This document shows positions 20,991-31,658 of a stretch of DNA of 64,000 nt, piece after piece. Each line of letters opens with the position of its first letter. Positions within the stretch are counted from its first letter, which is position 1. The translations under genes and the position numbers were made by a program. The DNA is from Bacillota bacterium (GTDB lineage: Bacteria > Bacillota > Clostridia > Clostridiales > Clostridiaceae), in contig JAEZKY010000331.1 of the NCBI GenBank assembly GCA_023435985.1, forward strand, positions 19,370 to 83,369, in the 5' to 3' direction. The notes under the pieces were generated by a model that worked only from the letters and a program-made list of their open reading frames with translations, was not told the DNA's origin and searched no databases.

Positions 20991-21941
20991 ATGCTAGATG
21001 TAATTACTATAGGGGATGCAATGATTGCAATGTGCCCTCAGGAGAAAGGCCCAATAATATTCTGTGATACGTTTAAAAGGAAAACTGGTGGAGCGGAATT
21101 AAATGTAGCAATAGGATGTGCGAGATTAGGATTAAAATCAGGCTGGATAAGCAGACTTGGTAATGATGATTTTGGGAAGTACATATTAAAAACTGTAAGG
21201 GGAGAGGGCATTGACACTTCAGAGGTTGAACTTGTAGATGGACATCCAACTTCAGTTTATTTTAGAGAAGTTTTATCTGATGGATCTAGCAGATCATTTT
21301 ATTATAGAGAAAATTCACCAACAAGCACGATGAAAAGTGAAGAGTTAAATGAAGAATATTTTAAGCAGTCAAAAGTACTTCATATTACCGGTGTATTTCC
21401 ATCTATAACTAAAAATAATCAGGAAATTATATTAGAAGCAGTAAAATTAGCAAAGAAACACAACTTAACTGTATCTTTTGATCCTAATATAAGATTAAAA
21501 ATGTGGACAAAGGAAGAAGCAAAGGCATATATAGAAAAGTTATTGCCTGATGTTGATATTCTTCTTGTTGGAGATGAAGAAATCGAAATTCTACTAGGAG
21601 AAACAACTATAGAAGATGCAATAAAAACATTCCATGGTTATGGAATAGACAAAGTTATTGTTAAAAAAGGAGCTAAAGGAGCACTAGGTTCAGATGGCAA
21701 GAATGTATATGAAGTAGAAGCTATTAAACCTAAAGCTTTAGTTGACACTGTAGGTGCGGGAGATGGATTTGCAGCAGGATTTTTAACAGCATTTTGTGAA
21801 GGTAAAACTTTAGAAGAATGTGTTAAGTTTGCAAATGCAGTTGGCTCTTTAGTTGTAGGTGTAGAAGGCGATAATGAAGGATTGCCTAACTATGAAGATG
21901 TATTAGTACATTTAGGACAAGCAAAAAAAATAGAACGCTAA
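20991..21941 (+). CDS. kdgK: 2-dehydro-3-deoxygluconokinase (PfkB family)
   Basis: GGAELNVA, FDPNIR, DTVGAGDGF; context. Confidence 0.85.
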   Translation: MLDVITIGDAMIAMCPQEKGPIIFCDTFKRKTGGAELNVAIGCARLGLKSGWISRLGNDDFGKYILKTVRGEGIDTSEVELVDGHPTSVYFREVLSDGSSRSFYYRENSPTSTMKSEELNEEYFKQSKVLHITGVFPSITKNNQEIILEAVKLAKKHNLTVSFDPNIRLKMWTKEEAKAYIEKLLPDVDILLVGDEEIEILLGETTIEDAIKTFHGYGIDKVIVKKGAKGALGSDGKNVYEVEAIKPKALVDTVGAGDGFAAGFLTAFCEGKTLEECVKFANAVGSLVVGVEGDNEGLPNYEDVLVHLGQAKKIER

Positions 21942-22057
21942 ATTCAGTTGATATTTAACAATTAATAAGTAACTCAAGTCTTAAGGAAATTTTATTATTC
22001 ATTGTTAACTAGAATTGAAAATATATATTAAAACTAAAAATTAAATGAGGTGTAAGA

Positions 22058-22684
22058 ATGTTTGAAAAAATTTATAACACATTAAAAGAAGAAAAAGCAG
22101 TAGCAGTTGTTAGAACTAAGACATATGATGAGGCGAAAGAAATAAGTATCGCTGCTATTAAAGGCGGAATGAAAATTATAGAAGTAACTATGAGTGTACC
22201 AGATGCACCTAAGTTAATAAAAGAATTAAAAGAAGAATATAAGGATGCTTGTGTTGGAGCTGGAACTGTATTAAGTACAGAAGCAGCAGATGCATGTATT
22301 GAAAATGGTGCGGATTTTATTGTTTCTCCATGTGTAGATGAAGAAGTTATCACTCACATAATTGCTAAAAAGGCATTAGTGATTCCAGGATTAATGACAA
22401 TGTCAGAATTAAATAAAGTTTATAAATTAGGTTTGAGATTTATAAAAGTATTCCCAGGAAATGTTGTAGGAAAAGGTTTCATAGGTGGAGCAAAATCAAT
22501 ATTCCCAGACCTTAACATAATGCCTACTGGTGGAGTAAACAAAGATAATATAACTGAATGGATTACTACAGGAGCAGATTGTAGCGGAATTGGTAGTGAT
22601 TTAAACAAAGCATACAAAAATGGTGGTGCTGCAGGAGTAACAGAATACTGTGCAGAAGTTATGAGCAAAGTAAAAAGTTTATAA
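22058..22684 (+). CDS. eda: KDPG/KHG aldolase
   Basis: IEVT, VGAGTV, FIVSP, KVFP, MPTGGV. Confidence 0.9.
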   Translation: MFEKIYNTLKEEKAVAVVRTKTYDEAKEISIAAIKGGMKIIEVTMSVPDAPKLIKELKEEYKDACVGAGTVLSTEAADACIENGADFIVSPCVDEEVITHIIAKKALVIPGLMTMSELNKVYKLGLRFIKVFPGNVVGKGFIGGAKSIFPDLNIMPTGGVNKDNITEWITTGADCSGIGSDLNKAYKNGGAAGVTEYCAEVMSKVKSL

Positions 22685-22757
22685 TTGATATAAACCTTGT
22701 ACTTAAGCGTATATATTTCGAATTGTGTAAGTCGGGGGAATCCATATAAATTTAAAT

Positions 22758-22808
22758 AAAATATCCACATGAATACTATAAGAAATTATAATTCATGTGG
22801 ATATTTTT
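22758..22808 (+). terminator. Intrinsic terminator after eda
   Basis: AAAATATCCACATGAAT...ATTCATGTGGATATTTTT. Confidence 0.75.
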
Positions 22809-22987
22809 ATTTTATAGTTCATTTTTTATAAACATTGTTTTGAATTAATAATTATTTAAGAATTACCTTTAGATAGTATAGTATAATTTTTACATGAAAT
22901 ATAATTAAAGGATAATTATGAGTTCATTTGGTATTAAGCTAGAGATGAATGTTAAAAGTAACTATGAAGATTTTAATGGAGGAAGTT

Positions 22988-23689
22988 ATGGATAAGAGAG
23001 TTAAGATTTTAGTAGTGGAAGATGAGAATGACATTAATAATTTGCTTTGCAGTATTCTTGAGAGGAAGGGATATAGAGCTAGAGCTGCTTTCTCTGGAAC
23101 AGAAGCATTGATGTGCATTGAAAATGAGAGGTGGGAGATGATTTTATTAGATTTGATGATTCCAGGAATCAGTGGAGAGGAAGTCATTCTAAAAATCAGG
23201 GAAATAACAAAGGCTCCAATAATTGTTGTAAGTGCAAAGACTGCTAAAAAAACTAGGTTAGAGTTATTGGAGAAAGGTGCTGATGATTTTATTTGTAAGC
23301 CTTTTGATCCAGATGAAGTAATTGCAAGAGTTAATTCCAATTTAAGAAGGTATTTAGAATTTTCTTCAGCGGAAGAAAAGAAAGGTAATATTATAAGTTA
23401 TAAAGACATTAGTTTAGATATGGAAAGTAAGGAAGTAAAAGTGGGAAAAGTCATTATCACGCTGACCTCAAGAGAGTTTGCAATATTGGAGTTGTTATTG
23501 AGGAATCCTAGTAAGGTGTATAGTAAAGCTAATATTTTTGAAAGTATTTGGGGAGAGGAATATTTAGGCGATGATAATACTGTAAATGTACATATGAGCA
23601 GATTAAGAAATAAATTATCAAAGGCAGGTAATAATGAACAAGATTATATAGAAACAATTTGGGCAATGGGATATAGGCTGAAAAAGTAA
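22988..23689 (+). CDS. OmpR-family response regulator
   Basis: ILVVEDE, LLDLMIP, KPF, VNVHMSRLR, ETIWAMGYR. Confidence 0.93.
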   Translation: MDKRVKILVVEDENDINNLLCSILERKGYRARAAFSGTEALMCIENERWEMILLDLMIPGISGEEVILKIREITKAPIIVVSAKTAKKTRLELLEKGADDFICKPFDPDEVIARVNSNLRRYLEFSSAEEKKGNIISYKDISLDMESKEVKVGKVIITLTSREFAILELLLRNPSKVYSKANIFESIWGEEYLGDDNTVNVHMSRLRNKLSKAGNNEQDYIETIWAMGYRLKK

Positions 23690-23852
23690 TAAGTGAGGCG
23701 CATTTAATATTCCAAATAATTTGTATAAAAATATGTAAATTTAGAGAAATAGATTTTAATAACAGATTTAAGGTTTTTGAAATATTTTAGAAAAGTTTTC
23801 TTAAGTGCCATTGTTTATTATAAGAGCGTAACGAAGAAAGGAGTAATAGACA

Positions 23853-24773
23853 ATGAATGAGTATATAGTTAAAGTAGATAATATCACTAAAGTATATAAG
23901 AGAAAGAAAGTATTGGATAATATATCTATAAAGATAAAAAAAGGTGATATATATGGTTTTATAGGTAAAAACGGAGCCGGAAAGACGACCATGATAAGAG
24001 TAATTACTGGGCTTGCTGCGCCAAATGAAGGACAAGTTCAGTTGTTTGGACATAGTGATGAAAAGGAGCTTGTAAAGCAAAGAAGCAGGATGGGTACATT
24101 AATAGACTCGGCAGCAATATACCTTAATATGACGGCAAAGGAAAACCTTGAGCTTATTAGAATTCAAAGAGGAATTCCAGGAACAAAATGCATTGATGAA
24201 GCTTTAAAGTCAGTAGGACTTAATGATATCGAAAAAAAGAAAACCAAAAACTTCTCATTGGGAATGAAACAAAGGTTAGGTATTGCCATGGCATTACTAA
24301 GTGACCCTGAAGTTTTGATTTTAGACGAGCCTATCAATGGAGTAGATCCAGTTGGAATAAAGGAAATAAGAGAACTTCTACTTAAATTAAATAAAGAGAG
24401 AGGAACGACAATTCTAATATCAAGTCATATATTGACGGAACTTACTCAAATTTGCACCATATATGCCTTTATTAATGAAGGAAAATTAATTGAAGAAATA
24501 ACTGCGGGTGAGTTAGCAGATAAATCTAGGAATTACCTTCATTTAAAAGTAAAGGATTCCTCAGAGGTTTCACTTATTTTAGAAAATGAGCTTGGAATAA
24601 AAGATTACGAAGTTTTCTCAGATAATATTATAAGAATATATGATGAATTTGATGGAGAAAAGATTACGCTGGCTTTAGCTAAACATGGGATAGGGGTTAA
24701 AGAAATAATTCAGATGGGTGAATCCTTAGAGGATTATTTCTTTAAATTAGTTGGAGGTAAATGTAATGATTAA
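23853..24773 (+). CDS. ABC transporter ATP-binding protein (BcrA-like)
   Basis: GKNGAGKT, FSLGMKQR, ILDEP. Confidence 0.93.
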   Translation: MNEYIVKVDNITKVYKRKKVLDNISIKIKKGDIYGFIGKNGAGKTTMIRVITGLAAPNEGQVQLFGHSDEKELVKQRSRMGTLIDSAAIYLNMTAKENLELIRIQRGIPGTKCIDEALKSVGLNDIEKKKTKNFSLGMKQRLGIAMALLSDPEVLILDEPINGVDPVGIKEIRELLLKLNKERGTTILISSHILTELTQICTIYAFINEGKLIEEITAGELADKSRNYLHLKVKDSSEVSLILENELGIKDYEVFSDNIIRIYDEFDGEKITLALAKHGIGVKEIIQMGESLEDYFFKLVGGKCND

Positions 24774-25533
24774 TTTAATTAGAGGAGAATTTTATAAATT
24801 AAGGAAAAGCAAATATTTCATTGGAATGATAACTTTAGCATTTGCGTTTGGATTTTTACTTATGATTTTTTGGGATCATGAGAGAGAAATGAATCGAAGT
24901 TATCAAGGGACTATATTAAATGGAGCATATGTTTTAACAGATGGGGATGGGTTTTGCGCAATTATTTTGGGAAACTTTCTCTTTGCACTCCTTGCCTCAG
25001 GATTTATAGTGAAAGATTTTAAAAGTAGTAATATAACTAAAAGTTTTGTCTATGGATATAAAAGAACTCAAGTATTGTTAAGTAAAATTCTTGTGACAAT
25101 GCTATTTTCTTTGCTTTTAGAAATAATATATATATCAGCTTTAATCAGTTATGTTTCATTGAGACACGGTTTTTGTGATTCCTTGAATCTTGATACTATT
25201 TTAGCATTAGTTAGAATAATTATTCTTGGAATAATGTATAATTTAGCAACAATATCAATAATCTTTATGACAGCTATAATAACGAAGAGTAATTTTTGTA
25301 CAATCGTTGCACCTTTTGTATTAATTATATCCTTTCCATACGCGTTCCCAAATGGAGAATATTCATATGTGTCATATATATTATCATACTTACCATATAT
25401 AGCAGGAATCCATGCAATGGGGAGGTTTACACCTCTATTTGAAAGTATTAAATGTATAATATCATCAATCATAACTTTCATAATAACAGTTGGAGGAAGC
25501 ATCTTATTTGTAAAATATGAGGATATTAAATAA
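24766..25533 (+). CDS. ABC-2 permease
   Basis: MINLIRGEFYKL, multi-TM, ends YEDIK; overlaps ATPase stop. Confidence 0.85.
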   Translation: MINLIRGEFYKLRKSKYFIGMITLAFAFGFLLMIFWDHEREMNRSYQGTILNGAYVLTDGDGFCAIILGNFLFALLASGFIVKDFKSSNITKSFVYGYKRTQVLLSKILVTMLFSLLLEIIYISALISYVSLRHGFCDSLNLDTILALVRIIILGIMYNLATISIIFMTAIITKSNFCTIVAPFVLIISFPYAFPNGEYSYVSYILSYLPYIAGIHAMGRFTPLFESIKCIISSIITFIITVGGSILFVKYEDIK

Positions 25534-25545
25534 CTAAAAATTATA

Positions 25546-25620
25546 TTAGGCAGATGAAAATAAATAACGAGTCCCAAATAGCTTTGCAAGCGGACTTGTT
25601 ATTTATTTGATAGTGCCTTA
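25546..25620. repeat. 75-bp short member of the TAAGGCA..TGCCTTA inverted-repeat family
   Basis: TTAGGCAGATGAAAATAAATAACGAGTCC...GGACTTGTTATTTATTTGATAGTGCCTTA; same ends as 11536-11765. Confidence 0.75.
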
Positions 25621-25640
25621 GATGAATCAGGAGATATGAA

Positions 25641-26558
25641 ATGTATTTATTAATTGCTATTTTATTAATGCTAATTATACTAGTAATAATTATGAATATT
25701 AAGTTGTTTTTTTATAAGAAGCAGATACAAGATATTACAATTCAAATTAAGAAATTTAGAGAGAGAAAAACAAATAGGAAGATTAATATTAAAATAGCAG
25801 ATAAAAACATAGAAGGCTTAGCTTTTGAGATTAATGAATGTTTAGAACTTTATAAGAGGAATGAACAGGAAAAAATAACAGTTAAAGATACTTTAAAGCA
25901 AGGAATAGCTAATATGTCACATGATTTAAGAACTCCATTGACATCAATAATAGGATATTTAAAGTTACTTGAAAATGACGAGATAGATAGGGAAACTGCG
26001 TTAAATGTACTCAGGAATAAAACTGATAAGCTAAATGTGCTTATAAATGGCTTCTTTGAATTAGCATCCATAGAAAGTGATGCTTATGAATTACACATGA
26101 CAAAGATAAATTTAACCAATATAGTACGTGAAGAGCTTCTATCTTTTTATGAAGTGTTTGAAAGTAAAGGAGTTAATCCTAAGATAAATATTTTAGATAA
26201 ACCAATCTTTATAATGGGAGATAAAGATAGTTTAGAGCGAATAATAGATAATTTACTTTCAAACACATTAAAGTATGCTGAAGGAGATATTGAAATAAAT
26301 TTAGAAGAAGTTAAAAATGAAGCTGTTTTTAAAATCTCAAATATATGTACAAATATGAACCAGGAAGATATATTACATATATTTGATAGATTTTACATGG
26401 CAGATCAGGTGAGAAAAGGACAAGGAACAGGACTTGGACTATCAATTGTTAAAAGTCTAATGGAAAAGATGAATGGTAATATAATAGCTAATCTTGAAGG
26501 AAATAATATTTCACTAATATGTGAATGGAAAGCTATAGATATCCAGAATAGGAACTAG
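25641..26558 (+). CDS. Sensor histidine kinase with short N-terminal membrane anchor
   Basis: SHDLRTPLT H-box, NLLSN..KY, IFDRFY, GTGLGL. Confidence 0.92.
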   Translation: MYLLIAILLMLIILVIIMNIKLFFYKKQIQDITIQIKKFRERKTNRKINIKIADKNIEGLAFEINECLELYKRNEQEKITVKDTLKQGIANMSHDLRTPLTSIIGYLKLLENDEIDRETALNVLRNKTDKLNVLINGFFELASIESDAYELHMTKINLTNIVREELLSFYEVFESKGVNPKINILDKPIFIMGDKDSLERIIDNLLSNTLKYAEGDIEINLEEVKNEAVFKISNICTNMNQEDILHIFDRFYMADQVRKGQGTGLGLSIVKSLMEKMNGNIIANLEGNNISLICEWKAIDIQNRN

Positions 26559-26745
26559 ACTTATAACTTAGAACTAATATTTTTATAGATTAAGGCAATA
26601 ACTAAAGCAGTGACAAGTTGCAAATTACAAGGAATAAATCAAGTCCCTAATTTGTTTAGCTATAAAATAATATGATATTATTAAATAAGTTGAAAATATA
26701 TTAAGAAAAAAATCTTAAATATTAAGAGAAAAATAGGTGAATTAC

Positions 26746-28446
26746 ATGAAAAATTTAGAAGAATTAAAAAGAGAATTAGATAGAATTGATGGGAAAAGTT
26801 ATAAGCTATATAAAAACCTAGAAGGGCAATATGATTTTAAAAATTATATATTGAGCATAGATCATGTTCAAGGGGATCCTTTTGCAGCACCATCTAGAAT
26901 TAGAGTAATAGTGAATCAAAATGTGGCTGGGTTTCCAAAGGAGCTTTTTGATAGTAAATACAAAAATATTGCAGCAGCAGATTATTTGACAAGAGAATTT
27001 TATTACAATATAAATAAGTGCAGTGAAAGAATTTTTGGTTCAGGAAAGAGTGGTTTGATAGTTATAAGTAAATGCCCTCAGCAAATATTAGAGAGAACTT
27101 CAATAATTATAGACAATGATAAGCTAGAAGCAAGGTTTTATGTTGGATTTCCTGCAAGAGGAAGGAGTGTTTTAGCAAAGGAACTTGAAAAGATTTTATA
27201 TAATGTTATACCAAATATTGTTGAGAAAACTTTGATATACAAAAACATTAATAGTGAAAAGCTGATAAATAGAGTAAAGCTAATGGAAGATCAGGAATAC
27301 ATAAGAGAAGAACTAGATAAAAGAGGCCTGATTGCATTTATTGCCAATGGATCAATTTTACCTAGAGAAAGTGGAATATCTTCGAGGCCATTAAAAAATG
27401 GGAAAGTATTTGTTTCACCTAAGGAATTAGAAGTGGAGTTTAATACGCAAAGTAACGGAACAATTAAAGGAATGGGAATAAAAAAAGGTATAACTCTTAT
27501 CGTTGGAGGAGGATATCATGGTAAATCCACATTATTAAGAGCTTTAGAACTTGGCGTTTATAATCATATTGAGGGTGATGGAAGAGAATTTGTAATAACA
27601 GATAAATCTGCACTGAAAGTGAGAGCAGAAGATAATAGATGTGTAACAAAAACAGATATATCGTTATTTATAAATAATCTGCCAAATGAAAAAAATACTA
27701 CAGAATTCTGTACAGAGAATGCAAGTGGAAGCACCTCGCAGGCTGCTAATATAATAGAAGGAATAGAAAGTGGCAGCAGGGTATTATTAATAGATGAAGA
27801 TACGTCAGCTACTAACTTTATGATGAGAGATGAGCTAATGCAAAAGCTGGTTTCAAAAGAAAAGGAACCAATAACACCATTTATTGAAGTAGTTAAGCCC
27901 TTATATGAACAAAAAGGAATTTCAACAATAATGGTAGTTGGAAGCTGTGGAGATTTTTTTGATGTAGCAGATTGTGTGATTCAAATGGATAATTATGAAA
28001 CTAAGGATGTTACAAAAGAGGCTAAAGAGTTAAGAAGCGGACATATAATAAAAAGAATTAAGGATAGAAATTTAAAAATAGATATTTCATTTAATAGAGT
28101 GGTGAAAAAAGGAACTATTCAAGCTGGTGAAAAGGGCGTAAAAATAAAAACAATGGGGTTAGATGCAATAAGTATAAATAAAGAAGAGATAAATTTGAGA
28201 ACTGTAGAACAAATAGTAGATAATGAGCAGCTAAATGCAATAGGTTCTATTATGAAATGGGCAGAGGATAATATTGTGGATAAAAATCTAAGTTTAGAAA
28301 AATTTGTGGATAAAATAATTAATGAAATAGATAAAAACGGGTTATTGTTTATTGAAAGGGTGAAAGGCGGAAGTGGAAGTTTAGCTATGCCGAGAAAGCA
28401 AGAAATAATGGCAGCTTATAATAGGTATAGAAAGCTAAAAATGTAA
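26746..28446 (+). CDS. ABC_ATPase-domain protein (predicted P-loop ATPase, unknown function)
   Basis: DHVQGDPFAAPS, GGGYHGKST, ASGSTSQA, LLIDEDTSATN. Confidence 0.85.
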   Translation: MKNLEELKRELDRIDGKSYKLYKNLEGQYDFKNYILSIDHVQGDPFAAPSRIRVIVNQNVAGFPKELFDSKYKNIAAADYLTREFYYNINKCSERIFGSGKSGLIVISKCPQQILERTSIIIDNDKLEARFYVGFPARGRSVLAKELEKILYNVIPNIVEKTLIYKNINSEKLINRVKLMEDQEYIREELDKRGLIAFIANGSILPRESGISSRPLKNGKVFVSPKELEVEFNTQSNGTIKGMGIKKGITLIVGGGYHGKSTLLRALELGVYNHIEGDGREFVITDKSALKVRAEDNRCVTKTDISLFINNLPNEKNTTEFCTENASGSTSQAANIIEGIESGSRVLLIDEDTSATNFMMRDELMQKLVSKEKEPITPFIEVVKPLYEQKGISTIMVVGSCGDFFDVADCVIQMDNYETKDVTKEAKELRSGHIIKRIKDRNLKIDISFNRVVKKGTIQAGEKGVKIKTMGLDAISINKEEINLRTVEQIVDNEQLNAIGSIMKWAEDNIVDKNLSLEKFVDKIINEIDKNGLLFIERVKGGSGSLAMPRKQEIMAAYNRYRKLKM

Positions 28447-28627
28447 TATTTGTTTAGTAATAAGCCATAGATAAACATTTTCAATTTTTTAGCTGTAAAA
28501 ATTATCGAATTTGAAATTTTTATTAAAGAATCATGTATTTCATAGTGACTTTGTCAGAAAAAGGTGATATATTAGTAAATAATAGGATGGATGAAGCTTA
28601 AACTATGATAGGAGGAATGTTTTATTT

Positions 28628-29017
28628 ATGTATGAAATGAAAGAAGAGTACAAAATTGGGGTAGAACTAATTGATAATCAACATAAGAAGCTGTTTGAAT
28701 TAGCAGATAAAGCTTACATGTTACTAAAAGACGAGTTTACAATTGATAAGTATGACAAAATAGTAGAAATACTACAGGAATTAAAGGAGTACACTATTTT
28801 TCATTTTAAATCAGAAGAAGAGTATATGGCAAGTATAAACTATAAGAGAATGTTCACTCAAAAGGTAGAGCATGATGCGTTTATTAAAAAACTTGAAGCA
28901 ATTGATTTAAAAAATGTTGATGAAAATCAAGATGAGAGCTTAATGGAAGTGCTGAATTTTTTAAACGATTGGTTGACTGAACATATATTAAAAAATGACA
29001 AGCTTATAGGACAATAA
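28628..29017 (+). CDS. Hemerythrin family protein
   Basis: IGVELIDNQHK, HFKSEE, EHD, WLTEHI..D. Confidence 0.9.
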   Translation: MYEMKEEYKIGVELIDNQHKKLFELADKAYMLLKDEFTIDKYDKIVEILQELKEYTIFHFKSEEEYMASINYKRMFTQKVEHDAFIKKLEAIDLKNVDENQDESLMEVLNFLNDWLTEHILKNDKLIGQ

Positions 29018-29134
29018 AACAGATTATATAATTAGTATTTGTTTTTATAATTAGAAATTAATATTTTTACTAGCAATAAAAACATATTGAAAAGTATATA
29101 ATAAAGTTATATAATTAAGAAAATAAAAAATATA

Positions 29135-29246
29135 ATATCTTCAGGGCAGGGTGTGAATCCCTACCGGCGGTACAGCCCGCGAGCTTAAAGTAAGCAGATT
29201 CGGTGTAATTCCGAAGCCGACAGTATAGTCTGGATGAAAGAAGGTA
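29135..29246 (+). ncRNA. FMN riboswitch (RFN element)
   Basis: CTTCAGGGCAGGGTG..CCCTACCGGCGGT..AGCCCGCGAGC..CCGACAGTATAGTCTGGATGAAAGAAG upstream of ribU. Confidence 0.95.
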
Positions 29247-29290
29247 ACCTATTAGAGATTTTGATTTTTGTAATTTAGCTCTTTGAGTTT

Positions 29291-29321
29291 AAGCCCTGAT
29301 GTTTAACATCGGGGTTTTTTT
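29291..29321 (+). terminator. Riboswitch expression-platform terminator
   Basis: GCCCTGATG...CATCGGGGT + T tract. Confidence 0.8.
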
Positions 29322-29413
29322 AATGTTTAAAAACAAACGTTCAAATGCAGTTAATTGAAAATAGAATAACTAATAAGCTACACCAGGAAGATAATCTTTT
29401 GGGAGGTAGAAAG

Positions 29414-29998
29414 ATGAACGAAAAAACAAGTAAAATGGTGAAAATATCTTTATTAGCAGCAATAGCACTTATACTTAGGTATATAGAAATTCCAATAATA
29501 CCGCCATTTCCATGGTTACAATTTGACTTAAGTGATGTTCCGGCAATGCTTGGGGTATTTGGTTTTGGGCCAATGGCAGGAATAATAATAGAGTTATTAA
29601 AAAATGTTGTAATATTAGCGATAAAAGGAACAAGTACAGGCTTCGTTGGAGAGGTTGCGAACTTTTTATTTGGAGTTGCATTAATCCTACCAGCTGGACT
29701 TGTGTACCATAAAAAGAAAAGCAAAAAAAATGCTATACTTGGAATGATATTAGGAGCAGTTGTTATGCAGATAGTAGGAATTATAGGAAATGTATATCTA
29801 TTATTACCTGCTTATGGAATGCATGTGGATAATGCTTATCTTATGTGGTATATTACTGCAGGATTATTACCAATTAATGCTATAAAAGCACTTATAACAT
29901 CAATATTAACTTATGTATTATACAAAAGGATTTCGGTTTCAATATTCAAAGCAGAAGCTAATTTTGGAAGTATAGAAGATACAACAAAAACTATATAG
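29414..29998 (+). CDS. ribU: ECF transporter S component for riboflavin
   Basis: LQFDLSDVP, GFVGEVANF; downstream of FMN riboswitch. Confidence 0.88.
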   Translation: MNEKTSKMVKISLLAAIALILRYIEIPIIPPFPWLQFDLSDVPAMLGVFGFGPMAGIIIELLKNVVILAIKGTSTGFVGEVANFLFGVALILPAGLVYHKKKSKKNAILGMILGAVVMQIVGIIGNVYLLLPAYGMHVDNAYLMWYITAGLLPINAIKALITSILTYVLYKRISVSIFKAEANFGSIEDTTKTI

Positions 29999-30006
29999 AA
30001 ATATAG

Positions 30007-30054
30007 AAAAAGCTGTGGCAAAATGGTTAAAAACATTTTGTCACAGCTTTTTTT
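30007..30054 (+). terminator. Intrinsic terminator after ribU
   Basis: AAAAAGCTGTGGCAAAATG...CATTTTGTCACAGCTTTTTTT. Confidence 0.8.
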
Positions 30055-30243
30055 ACTAATAAAGGCTTACGAATTGATTTTATGCTTTTGGGAAAAGTAA
30101 TTATAAGAAATAGATAAGGAGAAATTAAATAGAATAATTATAGTTTTATTAGTTAATAAAATTAGTTAATTAATAATAACTATTGATTAATAATTCCTTA
30201 TCTGGTATTATATTAATATAGAGATAAGAAAAGGGGTGTTTCA

Positions 30244-31431
30244 ATGAGTTTTAGAATAAATGATACAGTAACATGGGTTGGAAAGATTGATTGGGAATTA
30301 AAAAAGTTTCATGGAGATGAATATTCAACGCATAAAGGCTCATCGTATAATTCCTATTTGATTAGAGATGAGAAAACAGTCTTAATTGATACAGTTTGGG
30401 AGCCGTTCAATAAAGAATTCATTACTAATTTAAAAAAAGAAATTGATATAAATAAAATTGATTATATAGTTATGAATCATTCAGAAGTAGATCATAGTGG
30501 TGCATTAGTAGAACTTATGAAGGAGATACCTAATACTCCTATATACTGCACTAAGAGCGGTGTTAAAGTATTAAAAGGCCATTATCATCAAGAGTGGAAC
30601 TTTGTTGAAGTAAAAACTGGAGATACTTTGGATATAGGTAAACACAAACTTACTTTTATTGAAGCTAGTATGCTTCATTGGCCAGATACTATGTTTACAT
30701 ATCTATCAGGGGAAAATATTTTATTTAGTAATGATGGTTTTGGTCAGCACTATGCTTCAGAGTATATGTATAATGATAAAGTTGATCAGTCAGAATTATA
30801 TCAGGAAGCACTTAAGTATTATGCTAATATATTGACCCCGTTTAGTAAACAGGTTTCAAGAAAAATCGAAGAAATCTTAAGCTTCAACTTACCGATAGAT
30901 ATGATTTGCTCAAGTCATGGAGTAATATGGAGGGATAATCCTATACAGATAGTAAATAAATATTTAGAATGGGCAAATGAGTATAAAGAAAATCAAATCA
31001 CAATAATTTATGATAGTATGTGGAATGCAACAAGAAGGATGGCAGAATGTATAGCAGAAGGTATAAAAAATAATAATAAGGATGTAGCAATAAAAATTAT
31101 CAACAGTGCTAAAGGTGATAAAAATGATATTTCTGTGGAAGCTTTTAAATCAAAAATAGTGCTTGTTGGTTCTTCAACAATAAATAACGGAATTTTAACA
31201 TCAACAGCAGCAATATTGGAAATGATTAAAGGATTAAAATTCAAAGGAAAAAAAGGAGCCGCTTTTGGCAGTTATGGATGGAGTGGTGAAGCTACAAAAT
31301 TAATTACAGAGGAGTTAGAAAAATCTGGCTTTGAAGTAATTAATTCAGGAATAAGAGAATTATGGAATCCCGATGAAGATGCACTAAATAGGTGCAGGGA
31401 ATTTGGTAAAGCAATTGCAGAAATGCTTTAA
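30244..31431 (+). CDS. fprA: Flavodiiron protein (FprA-type O2/NO reductase)
   Basis: HSEVDHSG, LHWPD, SNDGFG; C-terminal flavodoxin FGSYGWSGE. Confidence 0.92.
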   Translation: MSFRINDTVTWVGKIDWELKKFHGDEYSTHKGSSYNSYLIRDEKTVLIDTVWEPFNKEFITNLKKEIDINKIDYIVMNHSEVDHSGALVELMKEIPNTPIYCTKSGVKVLKGHYHQEWNFVEVKTGDTLDIGKHKLTFIEASMLHWPDTMFTYLSGENILFSNDGFGQHYASEYMYNDKVDQSELYQEALKYYANILTPFSKQVSRKIEEILSFNLPIDMICSSHGVIWRDNPIQIVNKYLEWANEYKENQITIIYDSMWNATRRMAECIAEGIKNNNKDVAIKIINSAKGDKNDISVEAFKSKIVLVGSSTINNGILTSTAAILEMIKGLKFKGKKGAAFGSYGWSGEATKLITEELEKSGFEVINSGIRELWNPDEDALNRCREFGKAIAEML

Positions 31432-31499
31432 ATATATTTGATATAAATTAATAAATATTAGTATTTAAATAATAATTAAATTTAGAGGAGGTTTTTATT

Positions 31500-31658
31500 A
31501 TGGAAAAGTATATTTGTACAGTATGTGGTTATATTTATGATGAGGCATTAGGTGATCCAGATAATGGAGTTGCACCAGGAACAAAGTTTGAAGATATTCC
31601 TGATGATTGGGTATGTCCATTATGCGGAGTTCCAAAGTCAGATTTTGAAAAACAATAG
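31500..31658 (+). CDS. rub: Rubredoxin (52 aa, absent from ORF track)
   Basis: [14 protein letters not shown]...[29 protein letters not shown]. Confidence 0.96.
   Translation: MEKYICTVCGYIYDEALGDPDNGVAPGTKFEDIPDDWVCPLCGVPKSDFEKQ

Noticed and set aside
22855..23806. TTAAG/TTTAG direct repeats as OmpR-type binding sites
   Set aside because: Too degenerate for such AT-rich DNA
30130..30220. PerR/Fur-like boxes upstream of fprA
   Set aside because: Plausible biologically, but the region is almost pure A/T and no exact match could be fixed
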